A stretch of DNA of 64,000 nucleotides from positions 144,336,001 through 144,400,000 of the forward strand of contig OX597816.1 in NCBI GenBank assembly GCA_951406725.2, read 5' to 3'. This DNA comes from Octopus vulgaris. Taxonomy: Eukaryota. Below, piece by piece: positions 12,244 to 26,232 of the stretch (positions within the stretch are counted from its first letter, which is position 1; the number at the start of each line of letters is the position of its first letter). Both the position numbers and the translations under genes were made by a program. Under the pieces are notes generated by a model. The model ran no database searches. It saw only the letters and a list, made by a program, of their open reading frames with translations, and had not been told where the DNA came from.

Positions 12244-13887
12244 GATTAAGGGATGCATAGTCGATTAGACCGAACCCATTACTATTACTGGTACTTAAAG
12301 CCATTCAAACTTACTATTGTCAATATGAGTAAAATTCGTAGTAAATAAGTTTAAGGAACCGGATTGCTTTAGTAGGAAGCAAAATGTGATATTGTGCAGC
12401 AAGTAGACAGTGACGAACACATATATGTACATACACACACACAAACACACATGTATGTATATACATTCCAAAATGTAGCCACATGTGGACTGTTGGCGAT
12501 ATTCTTTTTCCTCCGTCATCCATGGCATCTTCAATAGAAACTAGAAAAGTAAATTTATCCAACTGATATTGCAAGGAAGATGACCGAGTTGGGATAGCAA
12601 TGTAATAAAAATGGGTTACGCATGCAACGGAATAAGGAGTGCCGGGATTAAAGTAAGCCAAAAAATATTTGGGAAGAGGTAAGTAGATAGAGGTTTAAAA
12701 AGTTCAGCCTCGGAGAGGAAATGACGAAAATAGTGTCGGGTGGATAGAAGCTGTTATACAAAACTCGTCCACTGCATACCAACAAGAAAAAAATATTATT
12801 CTGGTGGTAATGGGGATGAGGATATTAACAATGATGTTGGTGATGATGGCAATAGCTGTATTATTCAGTAGCCTCAGTCAGCCTGGCTCATTCGAACACA
12901 GGGTGCGATTCAGAAGACCAACAGAGAACATCATGCTTTAAAACGATCTAGGCCCACGCTCACGTTCTGCCATGCATTATTTTGGTATTGTGAAGTAACA
13001 TTGGGATAAATCGTATATGTTCCATCTAGCGTGTTTTTAAATTTTGAGATATTTCTGAGCTGATTGCGGAGAAGGCCATCTTGGTGGACTTAGTCGGGAC
13101 TTGTAAATAGTTGGCAAAGCGCCATATAGTTCGAGTTCGACCAAGATAGAATTTTGCACTTCCTCGTTTGTGTTTTATTTCATATTTGTAGTGATATGTA
13201 TTTAACATGTTTTTTTAGATTAAAAGTGATAAAATTGTACGCTTGAAGCATACTTCAGTTATGTATAGCGGAGGAAGTGATTGTAGCAGTATTGGTGTGT
13301 GCACGTTGTTTGTATGTGCCCGCACATTGATGTGAGCGTGTGAGTTTGAGAGAGCAGTGCTGACAATGTTTCTGTGCTACGCAAAATATATGCGTAAAAA
13401 TATCCTCACATTCACAGACAACTGTTGTAAATCGAGAGAAGAAAGAAAAATATCACCTTATAGACAATTTTGAAGGAAGGAGAGATTTTAGTTGCTTCCT
13501 TGGCATAGCAACTAGTTGCATCGCCGATCTTTAAAAACAAAATAAAATAGTGAAAAAATAAACCTACAATAAAAAGTAATACGAAAAGAACGAAAAGGAA
13601 AACAATACGTAAATGAGTAGGTGTTAAACAATTTCGAACATTTCTGAAACCACTTACACATCCTTAACTGAACGTAGTCTCACTTCCTAAATAATGCAGC
13701 TGCCGACCTGCTTCGCTCATCTCACATTTATTTTGTACAATAACGAACCGGGCTGGATGATTTACTGTATATAGATCAGTGATTCACTCTCCTCAGTTCA
13801 AATCGACTTTTCATTCTGCCAATTCGGTTTTATATACTAGCAGTAATGCACTGGTATGTTTTACAGTTAATATTTGAGACAGTTACT

Positions 13888-14101
13888 TCCTTTCTACTAC
13901 AGGCACAAGGCCTGAAATTCTAAGGGAGGGGGTTAATCGGTTACAGTGACCCCAGTGATCATCTGGTACTTATTTCATCGATTCTTAAAAGATGAAAGGC
14001 AAAAGCGATCTCGGAAGAATTTTAACTCAGAACATGAAACCAGACGAAATGCCGCTAAGCATTTTGTGCAGCGTGCTAACGATTTTTCTTGCTCGCCGCC
14101 T
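13888..14101 (-). mobile_element. SINE family B, full-length-like
   Basis: Reverse complement matches 24828-25042 from ggcggcgagc to ccttgtgcctgtagtagaaagga. Confidence 0.8.
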
Positions 14102-14261
14102 TCTTTGCGACAGTAATATCGATTATTCAAAATGATTAAAGGACAGACAAAATGCGTTGCGATATTAAACTATGGCCCTTTACTTTGTAAGTTCAGATTT
14201 CGCCATAGTCTATCTACCTTGCTGTTCGTCAACCGATGGCTGATGAGTTACGTACTTAGAT

Positions 14262-14453
14262 TCATATAAACGATGGAGGCGTTAAAAGGCATCACTTTGC
14301 AAGCGTTCTGGGACTGCTTCGAACAGTGGAAAACGCGTTTGGACCGATACATTGCTTCAGATGAGGGAATACTTTGAAGGCGATTAACGTATAAACATGT
14401 AAAAACTAAGTAGATGAAATAATATTCTGGCTTCTTTTGGGTACCTCTCGTAT
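14262..14453 (+). mobile_element. Mariner transposon 3' end (transposase C-terminus plus right TIR)
   Basis: MEALKGITLQAFWDCFEQWKTRLDRYIASD then a frameshifted EYFEGD*; ends ttcttttgggtacctctcgTA. Confidence 0.75.
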
Positions 14454-14695
14454 ATGCACAAATAGGGCTAGAGTTAAACAACAACGACGGTATCGCAACC
14501 ATCGCCAACAACAGCAACAACAGCAACAACAACGACGACGAATCAATGCTCTACAACGCGGAGTTTACGTAGTCATTAACTTGCTAGAAATTGTAGCCAA
14601 ATCTGCTTAAAACAACACTCTCGTTCTAAAAAAAAAGACACATTGACTAACAATGTGGACTGGACTATAGAACTTCTAATAAATAAATATGTAAG

Positions 14696-14726
<31 letters not shown>

Positions 14727-16194
14727 AGGCACGATTTTCACGGCTTTGATCTTTACGATCAAAGGTCTACCTGATCATCGCCGCTGTAGACGCTAAAACA
14801 GCAACAATTATTAGTGGTTACATCGCTCTAAAATCAAATCTAAAAATCTGAAAAGTGTACATATTTGATCATGTGGTCCTAGATATACTATATCCGGAAA
14901 AAAAAGAAGAAAAAATTGACGATATTCTGCACTATCAAGGTCTGATAGGGGTGGAGATAATGGAGGAACACGCCACCAACACCACCAGCACCTTCTTTAC
15001 CACTTCTTCTTCACCACCACCACCAACAACAACCAGAACAATCCAACAACAACAACAACAAGAAACATTCTACCAATCTAAATTTGGAATGACGTAGAAA
15101 ACAGATTACTATCATTTGTGCAAAACAAATCATTTCCCAAGCAAACACAATTTATTTATTTTTAACATATATGAAAGTTTGAGAGAAAAGCACAAACACG
15201 TTTTTAATCTTGTCCACAGCTGGAGAGGTTGCTAAAATAGACAATATTTCAGAAAAGTCGCGCGCCCGCAAGTAGAAAGTGTTTGTGTATGGTGAGTGTG
15301 CGTTGCATGTATGTGTGTGTGTGCGTGTGTGTGTGGGTGTGTGTGTGTGCATGTGTGTGTGTGTTTAACCCTAAGTTATCCTTGATTCAGTAAACCTATC
15401 ATCAAAGTCAATTCAGCCGTCGTGACCCCATGGGATTTTGTCCCCTTTTTGTTTTATTTCTCTCAGAAGCAGTATACCTTAGTCTTCATCATTCAATTCG
15501 TCCTTTCATGCTTTAAGATTACTGTGTGTTTTGAGAAAAATCAGGATACTATTTCTTGCAGGTCGAACTACCGAATAGAGATCCTCGTTGGAACGAGCAT
15601 ATTCGTGTTTGACATATGTGTAAGTGTGTGGTGAAGTGTGGCATGGCAAGGTGCGTGTGAATGTGTGTTTTATATGTATGTATGTTTGTAGTGTGTGTGT
15701 ATGTGTGTGTGTGTTTAAAGTGCACGTGTATTTTACTACGGCCGTTTTGTGCGCGCGTTGGTAGTGTGTCTATTGTAATATATGCGCACGTGTATATCTT
15801 AGTACAATACTGTTCAACCAATAAATTTGACTTTTAATATGCATAAAAATCAAATTTTCATTAGCTTCGTGAAATCCAGCTTATCAGGATTACAATTCAT
15901 TCCATTTATGATGTGATAGACAGAACCAAATCTCCCAAGACACTGAGTATAAATCAGTTTAACTATTATCGGGCTAGAGAATTTGCAAGCAAATTTTCTA
16001 ACCTATTTTAGGTGTAATGTTACTAATACATGATATGCAACTTCTTTAAGTGTATATTTTATAGCGAGAAGAAATTCCTGTCTCAGTGTAAAATATCCGA
16101 TTTGTTGAACTTAGCATCATTTTAACAATTTTAATTGAGACATTCTTTTAGTTCATTTCATATATTTATAGACACAGACACACCTTACAGACAA

Positions 16195-16263
<69 letters not shown>

Positions 16264-16463
16264 GAAAAAAATTGGCTACCAGATTTTGTATACCCCTATA
16301 GAAATGTATTGTTGCCGTGAATGACATTGTAAAATCTTATTTTGTTAATCTATTTATTTGTTTCTTTTGTTTTGACAACATGCCACATAGGAAGTTAGTT
16401 TAGTTTGACATTTTCTGATGATTTCGAATTATATTTGCGAAGCTGATGCCAATTGTCACAGAA

Positions 16464-16464
<1 letters not shown>

Positions 16465-16498
<34 letters not shown>

Positions 16499-16509
16499 AT
16501 AATAATAAC

Positions 16510-16550
<41 letters not shown>
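16465..16550. repeat. (AAT)n microsatellite
   Basis: Direct inspection; further (AAT)n at 16196-16255 and 17111-17184. Confidence 0.95.
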
Positions 16551-16552
<2 letters not shown>

Positions 16553-17110
16553 GCCCTGGTGCAATACCAGGCTGTGGCTCTCGTGGCTTCTGATCTTAAC
16601 TGATTGGAAGTGTTGCCATGTACATTATTTTGTCTTGGTATAAAAAAAGATGGGCTACAGCAAATATTCTGCTCAATACCACAGATTTGCTTGTCAGTTG
16701 TTTGATCTTAACCATTTGAGCATGTCCCTTAGTGGCTGACGATATGTGCATCTCTGATTACGAGCAGAAGTAGTGGGGGAGCATCATAGCCATGTGTTGA
16801 GAGTGATTCTTTGGGGGTTTGAATAATTCACCTCTGGAAACGTGGGTGTTTTGTTCAACATCCTTAAACAACCCTTATTCAGGGACCTTTTGAGTGGGAT
16901 GGGTTACTCAACCAGAAGAAAATTCTAACTGGGCCCCACCTGCAAGGTCATGTGCGGTTTATTTTGATATGAGATCACCATGTCGCGCACATATGGTTGT
17001 GATGCATCTGCCTAGTGTACTCTTATCAGACGGGTAGTCATGATGGGTATACTGGGCTTCGTATATTTTACCCCAGTGTCACTTTGATGGCACGCACTGC
17101 TCTCTCACTC
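16551..17110. mobile_element. Non-coding ~560-bp insertion bounded on both sides by (AAT)n, probable non-autonomous retroposon
   Basis: Sharp boundaries against pure AAT tracts, higher GC than flanks, no ORF in track, terminal hairpin cctggt-gcaat-accagg. Confidence 0.55.
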
Positions 17111-17183
<73 letters not shown>

Positions 17184-17186
<3 letters not shown>

Positions 17187-17960
17187 CTTAGATACTTAGC
17201 AGCTTTTGTAGATTGGACAGAAACTGAATTAGCAAAGTTAGATAGAAGAACTAGGAAGGAATTCAATATGAATGGAAGACTTCACCCAAGGGCAGGAGAA
17301 GCAAGATTACACCTACCTAGAAAGGATGGGGGAAGAGGGTTTATATCAGTAAAAGACTGCGTGGAGTTAACCAGAGTAGATATAGACTCCTATGTAGGTA
17401 ATAGTGAAGAAAGGTTATTAAAAGCTGCTAGAGCCACAGCAAGACATAGGGAAACCAAAAACCCAAACGAAATCAGAAACTAGAAAAAAGAACAGAAATT
17501 ATCTGACTAACAGGAGAAGGTGTTGTATGGTAGATTCTCAAAGATAGTTGCAGTAAATAGTAGTAGTGCGACATGGTTATGGTTGCAGAAAGGAAAGCTC
17601 AAAAAAGGGAGACAGAAAGTTTGTTAGTAGCTACACAAGATCAGGCATTAAGGCCTGATTTGATGGAATAAAGAGAATAGAAAATGCCAGATAATTGACT
17701 TTACATTTCCAAACGATGAAACATTGATATGAGAAGTATAGAAAAAATAGCAAAGTACCAGGACCCAGCCATTGAATTACAGAGGCTATGGAAAGGGCAG
17801 GTAAAATGTATCCCAGTTGTTATAGGTGCATTGGGAATTATCCCTAAAGATCTGAACAGATGGATAGAGGAAATAGGCATAACATCCAGTTTAGTACAGC
17901 TTCAGAAAACAGTGTTATTAGGGACAGTTAGGATACTTTGGAGGGTTCTTAGCATTTACT
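17184..17960 (+). mobile_element. Decayed R4/Dong-clade LINE fragment (post-RT region and RLE, internal deletion)
   Basis: LRYLAAFVDWTETELAKLDRRTRK..LHPRA..RLHLPRKDGGRGFISV, ATQDQAL, IIDF..EKIAKYQDPAIELQRLW..IPVVIGALG..LQKTVLLGT; starts immediately after (AAT)n. Confidence 0.85.
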
Positions 17961-17971
17961 ATAATAATCTG

Positions 17972-18166
17972 CTATAATAATACTCATGTGTTTATGAATG
18001 AAAAAGGAAGGAGTGATAGATGAATAAGGAAGGAAGGGGTGATGTCATATTTTTTCATAGCTCCCATGGTTACCGAGATAATCAACTATAATAATACTCT
18101 TGTGTTTATGAATTAGAAAGGAAGGGGTGATAAATGAATAAGGAAGGAAGGAAGGGGTGATGTCAT
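17972..18166. repeat. Local direct duplication of a ~78-bp unit
   Basis: ctataataatactc..gtgtttatgaat..aaggaaggaaggggtgatgtcata at ~17972-18048 and ~18086-18166. Confidence 0.8.
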
Positions 18167-18519
18167 ACTTGATAGTGGGATGATGAAAATTGCACGCTGA
18201 AAAGGTAAATCAAACAGCGTTTCAACTCTGTGTGAATATATGTGTGTATGTAAGGGGGAGTATGAGAATGTGTGTGTGTCGGTGTGTGTGTGTGTGCGCG
18301 CGCAATGGAAGTGGGATGGTTCATCTTTGTTCGCTTAGTATTTGGATATATATTTTGATTTGGTTGAATCTTGGTTGTTTTGCTTATTCGTCAGTTATTT
18401 TTAGCGTTTTGACGGAAAAATGCCATTCTAAAATTGTTTTTTAACGTAAGCGTTAAAACAAGTCGAATACTTACGCAAAGCAGATTTTACAGCCACATCA
18501 TCCAAATCGACCTTAGCTG

Positions 18520-18693
<174 letters not shown>

Positions 18694-18694
18694 A

Positions 18695-18930
18695 GCTTAC
18701 TCTGGTATATATATAATCAGAGTAAGCACATAAATGCGAAACAAGGTGGAAATAATAGTACTCGAATACCAGAGGTAGAGTAATATGCTTTATAAAAAAA
18801 GCAGCAAAAATATCACAAAAACTGTTACTCAGAATTTCACGTTCTCGTTCGTCGGACAGTTTTCAAACGGGAACGTGAAACTATGAATAACAGTTTTTGT
18901 GAAATTTTTGTTGCCTTTTAAATAAAGTAT
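18695..18930 (-). mobile_element. PLE-like terminal repeat family 3 with inverted partial copies
   Basis: 18798-18849 is inverted at 18867-18920; gcttactctg/cagagtaagc inverted around TA; contains a hammerhead motif; TA-flanked. Confidence 0.65.
18818..18863 (-). ncRNA. Minimal type-I hammerhead-like ribozyme with C at core position 4
   Basis: Minus strand aaaactgt-CCGACGA-acg(agaa)cgt-GAA-attctgagt-A-acagtttt: perfect 8-bp stem I, 3-bp stem II, GUA site. Confidence 0.7.
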
Positions 18931-19159
18931 ATATATATATGTACACCGATAGTCACCTTCCTTTTGACGAAAAAAGCCGGAACTATGGTAATATCTGTGC
19001 AACTGTTTACTGTTTACATACCCAAGACTTTTTACACATTCCATCTGCAAACTATGAGCATTATGATTACTAGGTAAACCCGAGCTTTCTGAAACAGCTG
19101 TCTTGTTAAGAAATTATGTATTCTCTTCTTAGCATTATGCACTCTTCATCATCTATCTA

Positions 19160-19360
19160 AATACACACACACACACACACGTATATATATGTATGCACAC
19201 ACACACACATATATATACATATATATATGTATATGTGTGTGTGTTTATATATATATATGTATACATATATGTATGTATATATATATAAATATATGTATGT
19301 ATATAGATATATATATACATGTATATATATATATATATACGTATGTATATATATATATAC

Positions 19361-19402
<42 letters not shown>
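19160..19402. repeat. Degenerate (TA)n/(CA)n microsatellite
   Basis: Direct inspection. Confidence 0.9.
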
Positions 19403-19404
<2 letters not shown>

Positions 19405-19789
19405 GTCTACCCTAATTGTGTTTATATGCAATACTACCCCTGTCTCTCCTTGAACATACACATATCCTACTATTCGTCTGTGTTGACAACATGGTTGAGT
19501 TCCACTTTTAACTGTTTCTTCAAATTTTTCTCATCTTTTCCAATGAATTTCTTACCGTTTGTTTGGAACAGTAACTTACAAAATTCAACACTTTTGCTTG
19601 TGATTATTGTATCATATCAGTTTTTAAAATTTAGCATTGTGCAGTGCTATGAGCTAATAATACACTTGTGATATTGGATGGTCATCCTGCAGTCACAAGT
19701 ACGTGCAACTAAAATACACTATTCCTGATCAATTTTACAGTATTTTCACAAAAATAGACGCTGAAAGATGTATACAATCAATAGTGATA

Positions 19790-19793
<4 letters not shown>

Positions 19794-19877
<84 letters not shown>
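19794..19877. repeat. (GA)n microsatellite
   Basis: Direct inspection. Confidence 0.95.
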
Positions 19878-19881
<4 letters not shown>

Positions 19882-22413
19882 AAAGCAGAGAAAAACTGCT
19901 TTTTTTCAATTTCCGGTTTCATTTTCTACCCAAGCAACACGGAGGTGGGACAAGGAGGGGGAGATAGGAAAGAAGTGTGGTAAGAGAGATTGAAACGGAG
20001 AGAATAGAGAAAAGAGATAGAAAGGGAGAGAGAGAGATAGATAGAGAGACAGAGAGAGAGAAAAATATGTCAGTAAACGAAGATACACATTTGTACATAC
20101 ACAGGCACGTGCGCACGAATGTATACAGACACGCATATATATATATATGCGTGTATATATCACCCCCGCCTTGAAGGACTTCGAGTCGAATGAATCAACC
20201 ATAGTACTTAATGTTTTTAAAAGTTTGGTACTTATTCTATCAGTTTTGCCGAACCGCTCAATTACAGGGACGTATATACTGAAACGTAGCAAAAATTCTT
20301 TCAGAGATATACACTTGATGATGGTGGAACTTTTATTAAAACAAACTTTGAATATTTACTTAAAAGAAAATGTCAAGACTTAATGATTATAGGAAGATAA
20401 TGTCTTGAATATCATATGAAAGAAGCCTTATAAATTATACCAGCTTGTTAGGGCTTATTCTTTCCTCTAAAACGATTGTCACTTGTATAAGATACGCAAC
20501 ACATATAACAAGTTCATTGGCCTTTGGATTAAAAAATTATTGGATCATGTACAGCTATCGAAAGATTGCTACTTTATGGCATTTTGAATTCAGTAGGATT
20601 CACCTATCCTGCTATGAAATCCATTTGTCGATTAGAGAATAAAGTTATCTAAGGGATTTTAAGAAAGGAGATGGAAATGGCCGAAGGAAGCTGGACTTGA
20701 TATAAACCTGAGAGGTGTTTTTTATTCCTTTAAACTGGGAAGGAATTTAAGAAGAGTGTAGTCTGGAAAAAATTTACTTAATTTCAGAGAAAAATTACTT
20801 GGGACTAGAAACTAAAAATCTGATAAGTAGGAGAGAAGATGAGTCTGCGAAAGACTGGCGGAACTGAGCGGAGAAAGCCGGACTAGTTAAAAATGTGAAC
20901 GATCGCCTGCTTAAAGAGGTTTTTTTTCTTCTTTCATTTAATTTCTCTTTTTTGTGTGGATGGTGGGTGGTAGGTGGGTGATAATTGGAAGGGAATTTAA
21001 CAGGACGGATAAACTAGAAAATCTATTTACTTTCAAATATAAATTACGTGGGTTAGAAGTAAAAAAAAACTGATAATTAGAAGCAAAAACATATTTGTCG
21101 ATTTGAGGAAAAAGTATAAATCGTATTGAAAGAAAGGGCAAAGTTAACTGAAGAAAGCTAGGAGTGAATTTAATGGGATAGACATACAGAAGAGAGTACG
21201 AATGAAATCTTAAGAAAAAATACATTCAAATAAAGATTGAGGTAGAAAATGAAAAAGAAAATAATTAGGAGAGAAAAATTCTGCCTTGAACTGATCTGTG
21301 GCAGGCCAAGTTTTCTGACATAACAAACAGATGATCAAATACGTTCCAATTGTGTGTTTTTCAATCATAGTGTCCCTAGAATTGTATTATTCATAGTATT
21401 TCTCCATGTTTCGTGTTATTGATGTTAACACCCGACTATTGTTAAACCTGCACAAGGAATTTTCACATCAACATTGATGAAAACTGCTTTTACTAACGAA
21501 TAAGTAAAAAAAAAAAAGCAATAAAAAAACCCCCAGAAAGGATGGTTGGCAGAGTCTAAACAGCCTTTAATTGTTACATTATATTCTTCGACAACATTTA
21601 CTAGTCCCGGCCCCAATTCCAAAATCCTGTCATGAATGAAATCTGCGTATGTGAATCCAATACCACCAGGAGAGTTGGAAAAGAGCCTCTTTGAAATTAT
21701 TCCTTCACTGATGACCAAGGATGACCCAGAGAAATTACATAACTCTAGGCAATAGGACATCAAGCAGAAAGAAGGTCACGAGTAGTTAGATTCTTAGAAG
21801 GCTTCAAAGTGACAACATTAATCACCACAGTAGTTTGTTTTGCCCTTACAAGCGGGATATTAACTTTCACTTTGAAGGATAAACTTTTGCAATGCATGGG
21901 TAGGAAATAGTCACGAAATACCTGATCCAAAAAGATATACAGAGTTAAACCATCTTGATGCAATAACCGATGCAAGCTCTTTGAAATTGAAGACGTCACC
22001 TACATCATAAATAACTACTCAAAAATGTTGTAGTGAGGATATTATATAATGAAATCTGTAGAAAGCTCGAAGAGAAAAAATAGAAGCTAGAGAGATGTAG
22101 AAAGTACAATCACAAATAATTTGAATTGACGGATTGTTTCCGTCAAAAAATTTCTATAAAATGCAAGTATTATTGACACGACATTAGAAACCGGGACAGA
22201 GAAAAGGAACGATGCACCGTAGATAAAATTAGTTGCCCGGCAGATGCCAAAATAATGTTAAAAAGTTAGGGAAAACACCTACGCCAAACTGATGAGAAAT
22301 CTACAGTTATTTCATCCGAACTATAGTTTAAAATTCTTTCAAAGATTATCGAAACAGTAACTAACTACCTCAGTTAATTACCTCAGAATCTGGGGTCTAC
22401 AAAACCCAAAAGG

Positions 22414-22467
<54 letters not shown>

Positions 22468-22470
<3 letters not shown>

Positions 22471-23330
22471 AAGATAAGAATGTGTATGTGTGCTTGTCTG
22501 ACTGTCTGTGTGAATTCCTAAAACTCGAGAACTACACAACCAATTTCATTCAAATTTTACACAGGCCTTACTTAGAGTCCATGCAGTGTCATGCACCCCC
22601 AATTTATAGATTGCAAATTTATTCTGTTCAGTTATCTATCCGCATATTGATCATTGGCAAACTCCAGAGGTGACCCTTTCATTTCCCCTTAGCCCTCACG
22701 TCACACAGTTGTTAATGTTTATTTGAGTTGGGTCACGCCCTTCCAATTGCTATAGATCCGTGATGCATCTTACGGCTGTGCCGGTCACCTGTATAGTGAG
22801 GAATCCTACATTGGAAAGTGGTAACAACTAGGGTAGGGTAGCTGATAGCTTATTGTGATCATTCGTCTTTTGGTTTCCTGTAGCTTTGTTCTCTTTAACA
22901 AACCCAGTGAACATTCATGTATTTCCGATTTTAAAAAAAATTTGAACAATTGATAAAAGACATAAGTTAAAAAAGATTCCCAACAATTCAGCTTCTCTGG
23001 TTGACTTTCAAACCCCCCAATAGGGGCCTTAACTCCCACATTTTAGAGCTCCATGAGCTCCATTTTTCAGGAGCAAAAGCCTTTGAATAGGTTTTATAAG
23101 ATTTAGATTTTGTAATTTGGGCATAAAGATGAGTAGTGTGGGATAAATATGTCATGATTAGAATTTTTGTTTGGGTGTGTAAAGAGGGAAAGAACCCTCA
23201 TTAAAATTCTTAATCTCCAATTTTGATGAAATTCGAATCATAGGTATTCCAGTTTATTATAGAAAATATAAAAGAAAAGTCTAATTTTTCAATTCCATGC
23301 GACACGGGCAACGCCTGGTATCTCTGCTAG
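22468..23330 (+). mobile_element. Non-autonomous Helitron-like element
   Basis: 3' end cgggcaacgcctggtatctctgCTAG followed by T (subterminal GC hairpin plus CTRR terminus); 5' part after (TA)n with gtctg repeats and aaaactcgagaactac..ttcaaattttacaca, typical of such elements. Confidence 0.65.
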
Positions 23331-23490
23331 TAACCTATAAAAGGTACTGTCAAAATATGCAAAGACTCATGAAGTTCTGTATGTAACAAGATCAACATAT
23401 ACAATACCATTCCATAACATGAGTACATTAATACGCTCAGGCATACATGTACATGCATGCATACATACACACCTATACATGTACGTATAC

Positions 23491-23722
<232 letters not shown>

Positions 23723-23983
23723 TCATACACCAACAAACATATCAAATTCACCTATTTCTCCATAGCTTGAAAACATGACGTACAGCCTTAATAAGTTTTC
23801 GACCCTTATCAGGGTGTGAACAGAGGGCCTTATACAAGACTACCTTGTTTAAAGTTTAATTTTCATTGAAAGTTTCTTGTTTGTAGACTAGAAACCAACT
23901 CTTACTCCTTTGGTGAGAAATTCAAAAAATAATATCAGTGGTTTAGCATGCTTAAAAAAAACCTATAACGGTATAAAATCTCA

Positions 23984-24129
23984 ATTAGTAATTAAGGATA
24001 CCAGCAAGTAGTACCAGCATGCTGACATAGCTGTCAAAACTGACCAAACCACAAGTTATCACTGAACACAAAGGTGAAATCAATATGTCAGCATGCTTGT
24101 ACTGTTTGCTAGTACCCTTAATTATTAAT
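23984..24129. repeat. Imperfect inverted repeat, 46-bp arms, 54-bp spacer (MITE-like)
   Basis: attagtaattaaggataccagcaagtagtaccagcatgctgacata versus reverse complement of tatgtcagcatgcttgtactgtttgctagtacccttaattattaat. Confidence 0.8.
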
Positions 24130-24398
24130 AGATACATTTATTTATATCAGATGGCCAAGTGGATAAGAGGGTATTGAACTGTATGCCGAAAAGTCATCAG
24201 TTCAAATCCATTGGTAGTGTTTATGTTTCTATAGAGACTTAATTTGCAAAATTATAAAGTCAAGCAAGAATGTTACCTCATATGTGGATGAGGTAACATG
24301 TGTTCAATTCTAGGGAAACATATTTCTCTCATACACTGTACGACATAAAAAACCGCAACTAAGGTAGAAGCCATCAAGGGAAACTGTAAGCTAAGAGA

Positions 24399-24806
24399 TA
24401 CTCTTTTACTCTTTACTCTTTTACTTGTTTCAGTCATGTGACTGTGACCATGCTGGAGCACCGCCTTTAGTCGAGCAAATCGACCCCAGGACTTATTCTT
24501 TGTAAGCCTAGTACTTATTCTATCGGTTTCTTTTGCCGAACCGCTAAGTTACGGAGACACAAACACACCAGCATCGGTTATCAAGCGATGTTGGGGTGGA
24601 CAAACACAGACACACAAACATATACACACACATACATATAAACAACGGGCTTCTTTAAGTTTCCGTCTACTACATTCACTCACAAGGCTTTGGTCGGCCC
24701 GAGGCTATAGTAGAAGACACTTGCCCAAGGTGCCACGCAGTGGGACTGAATCCGGAACCATGTGGTTGGTAAGCAAGCTACTTACCACGCAGCCACTCCT
24801 ACGCCT
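24399..24806 (-). mobile_element. SINE family A, full-length
   Basis: Minus strand aggcgtaggagtggctgcgtggtaag head through (AAAAGAGT)n-like tail. Confidence 0.9.
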
Positions 24807-24827
24807 GTGTATTATTCATGTTGATTA

Positions 24828-25042
24828 AGGCGGCGAGCTGGCAGAATCGTTAGCACTCCGGGCAAAATGCTTAGAGATATTTCGCCCATATCTACGTTCT
24901 GAGTTCAAATTCTACCGAGGTCGACTTTGCCTCTCATCCTTTCGGGGTCGATGAAATAAGCACCAGTTACGCACTGGGATCGACTTAATCGATTTATCTC
25001 CTCCCTTCCAAATTTCAGGCCTTGTGCCTATAGTAGAAAGGA
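24828..25042 (+). mobile_element. SINE family B, full-length
   Basis: ggcggcgagctggcagaatcgttag..gagttcaaattc..gactttgcctctcatcctttcggggtcgat..ccttgtgcctatagtagaaagga. Confidence 0.85.
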
Positions 25043-25585
25043 ACATTCATGTAGATTGAGGGTAGTCATATTCTAAAAAGTACATGAAATGAAACACTAA
25101 CAATAAAATTGAACTCGAAATACATCCATCCAGCAATTTTAACTCTAATGTGGAAGTAATGAAAGTTATGTAAATATATCTGTATCAGAAACCACACATT
25201 GGTTTCTTTCCTAATTCCATTTTTAGACATTTCCGTTCACTCAGATCGTCTATGATCTTGAGAAAGTCACAGATGTTCCAAATCAGAGTTCGGCCTACGA
25301 TATTGCTTCATGCCTACACGGAGAAACTGACAGGAAAATTATCTTTCAATATTCTTTTTGAGATGTAGGATAGCAAACAACGTATGTATGTATGTATGTA
25401 TGTATGTATGTATGTATGTATGTATGTATGTATGTATGTATGTATGTATGTATGTATGTATGTATGTATATATGTATGTATACAAATACATATTCATATA
25501 AATTAAGAACTAATAGTTGTACAATACCTATACATTTTTTCAACGGTATTCATTTATATAATTTTTTATTTTGATACGCGAAGCT

Positions 25586-26097
<512 letters not shown>

Positions 26098-26109
26098 ATA
26101 TATATATAT

Positions 26110-26232
26110 TCTTTTCTACTCTAGGCACAAGGCTTGAAATTTTTTGGGTGGGGGCCAGTCGATTAGATCAACCCCATTACGCAACTGGTACTTAATTTAT
26201 CGATCCCGAAGGAATTAAAGGCAAAGTCAACC
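26110..26232 (-). mobile_element. SINE family B 3' half
   Basis: Reverse complement of family B core and tail. Confidence 0.75.

Noticed and set aside
20650-22380. Purine-rich stretch suggestive of a decayed retrotransposon ORF1
   Set aside because: No identifiable motif; needs a translated profile search.
23780-23820. Minus-strand ctgataagggtcgaaa hammerhead-like string
   Set aside because: G8 missing, stem II negligible and no stem I closure.
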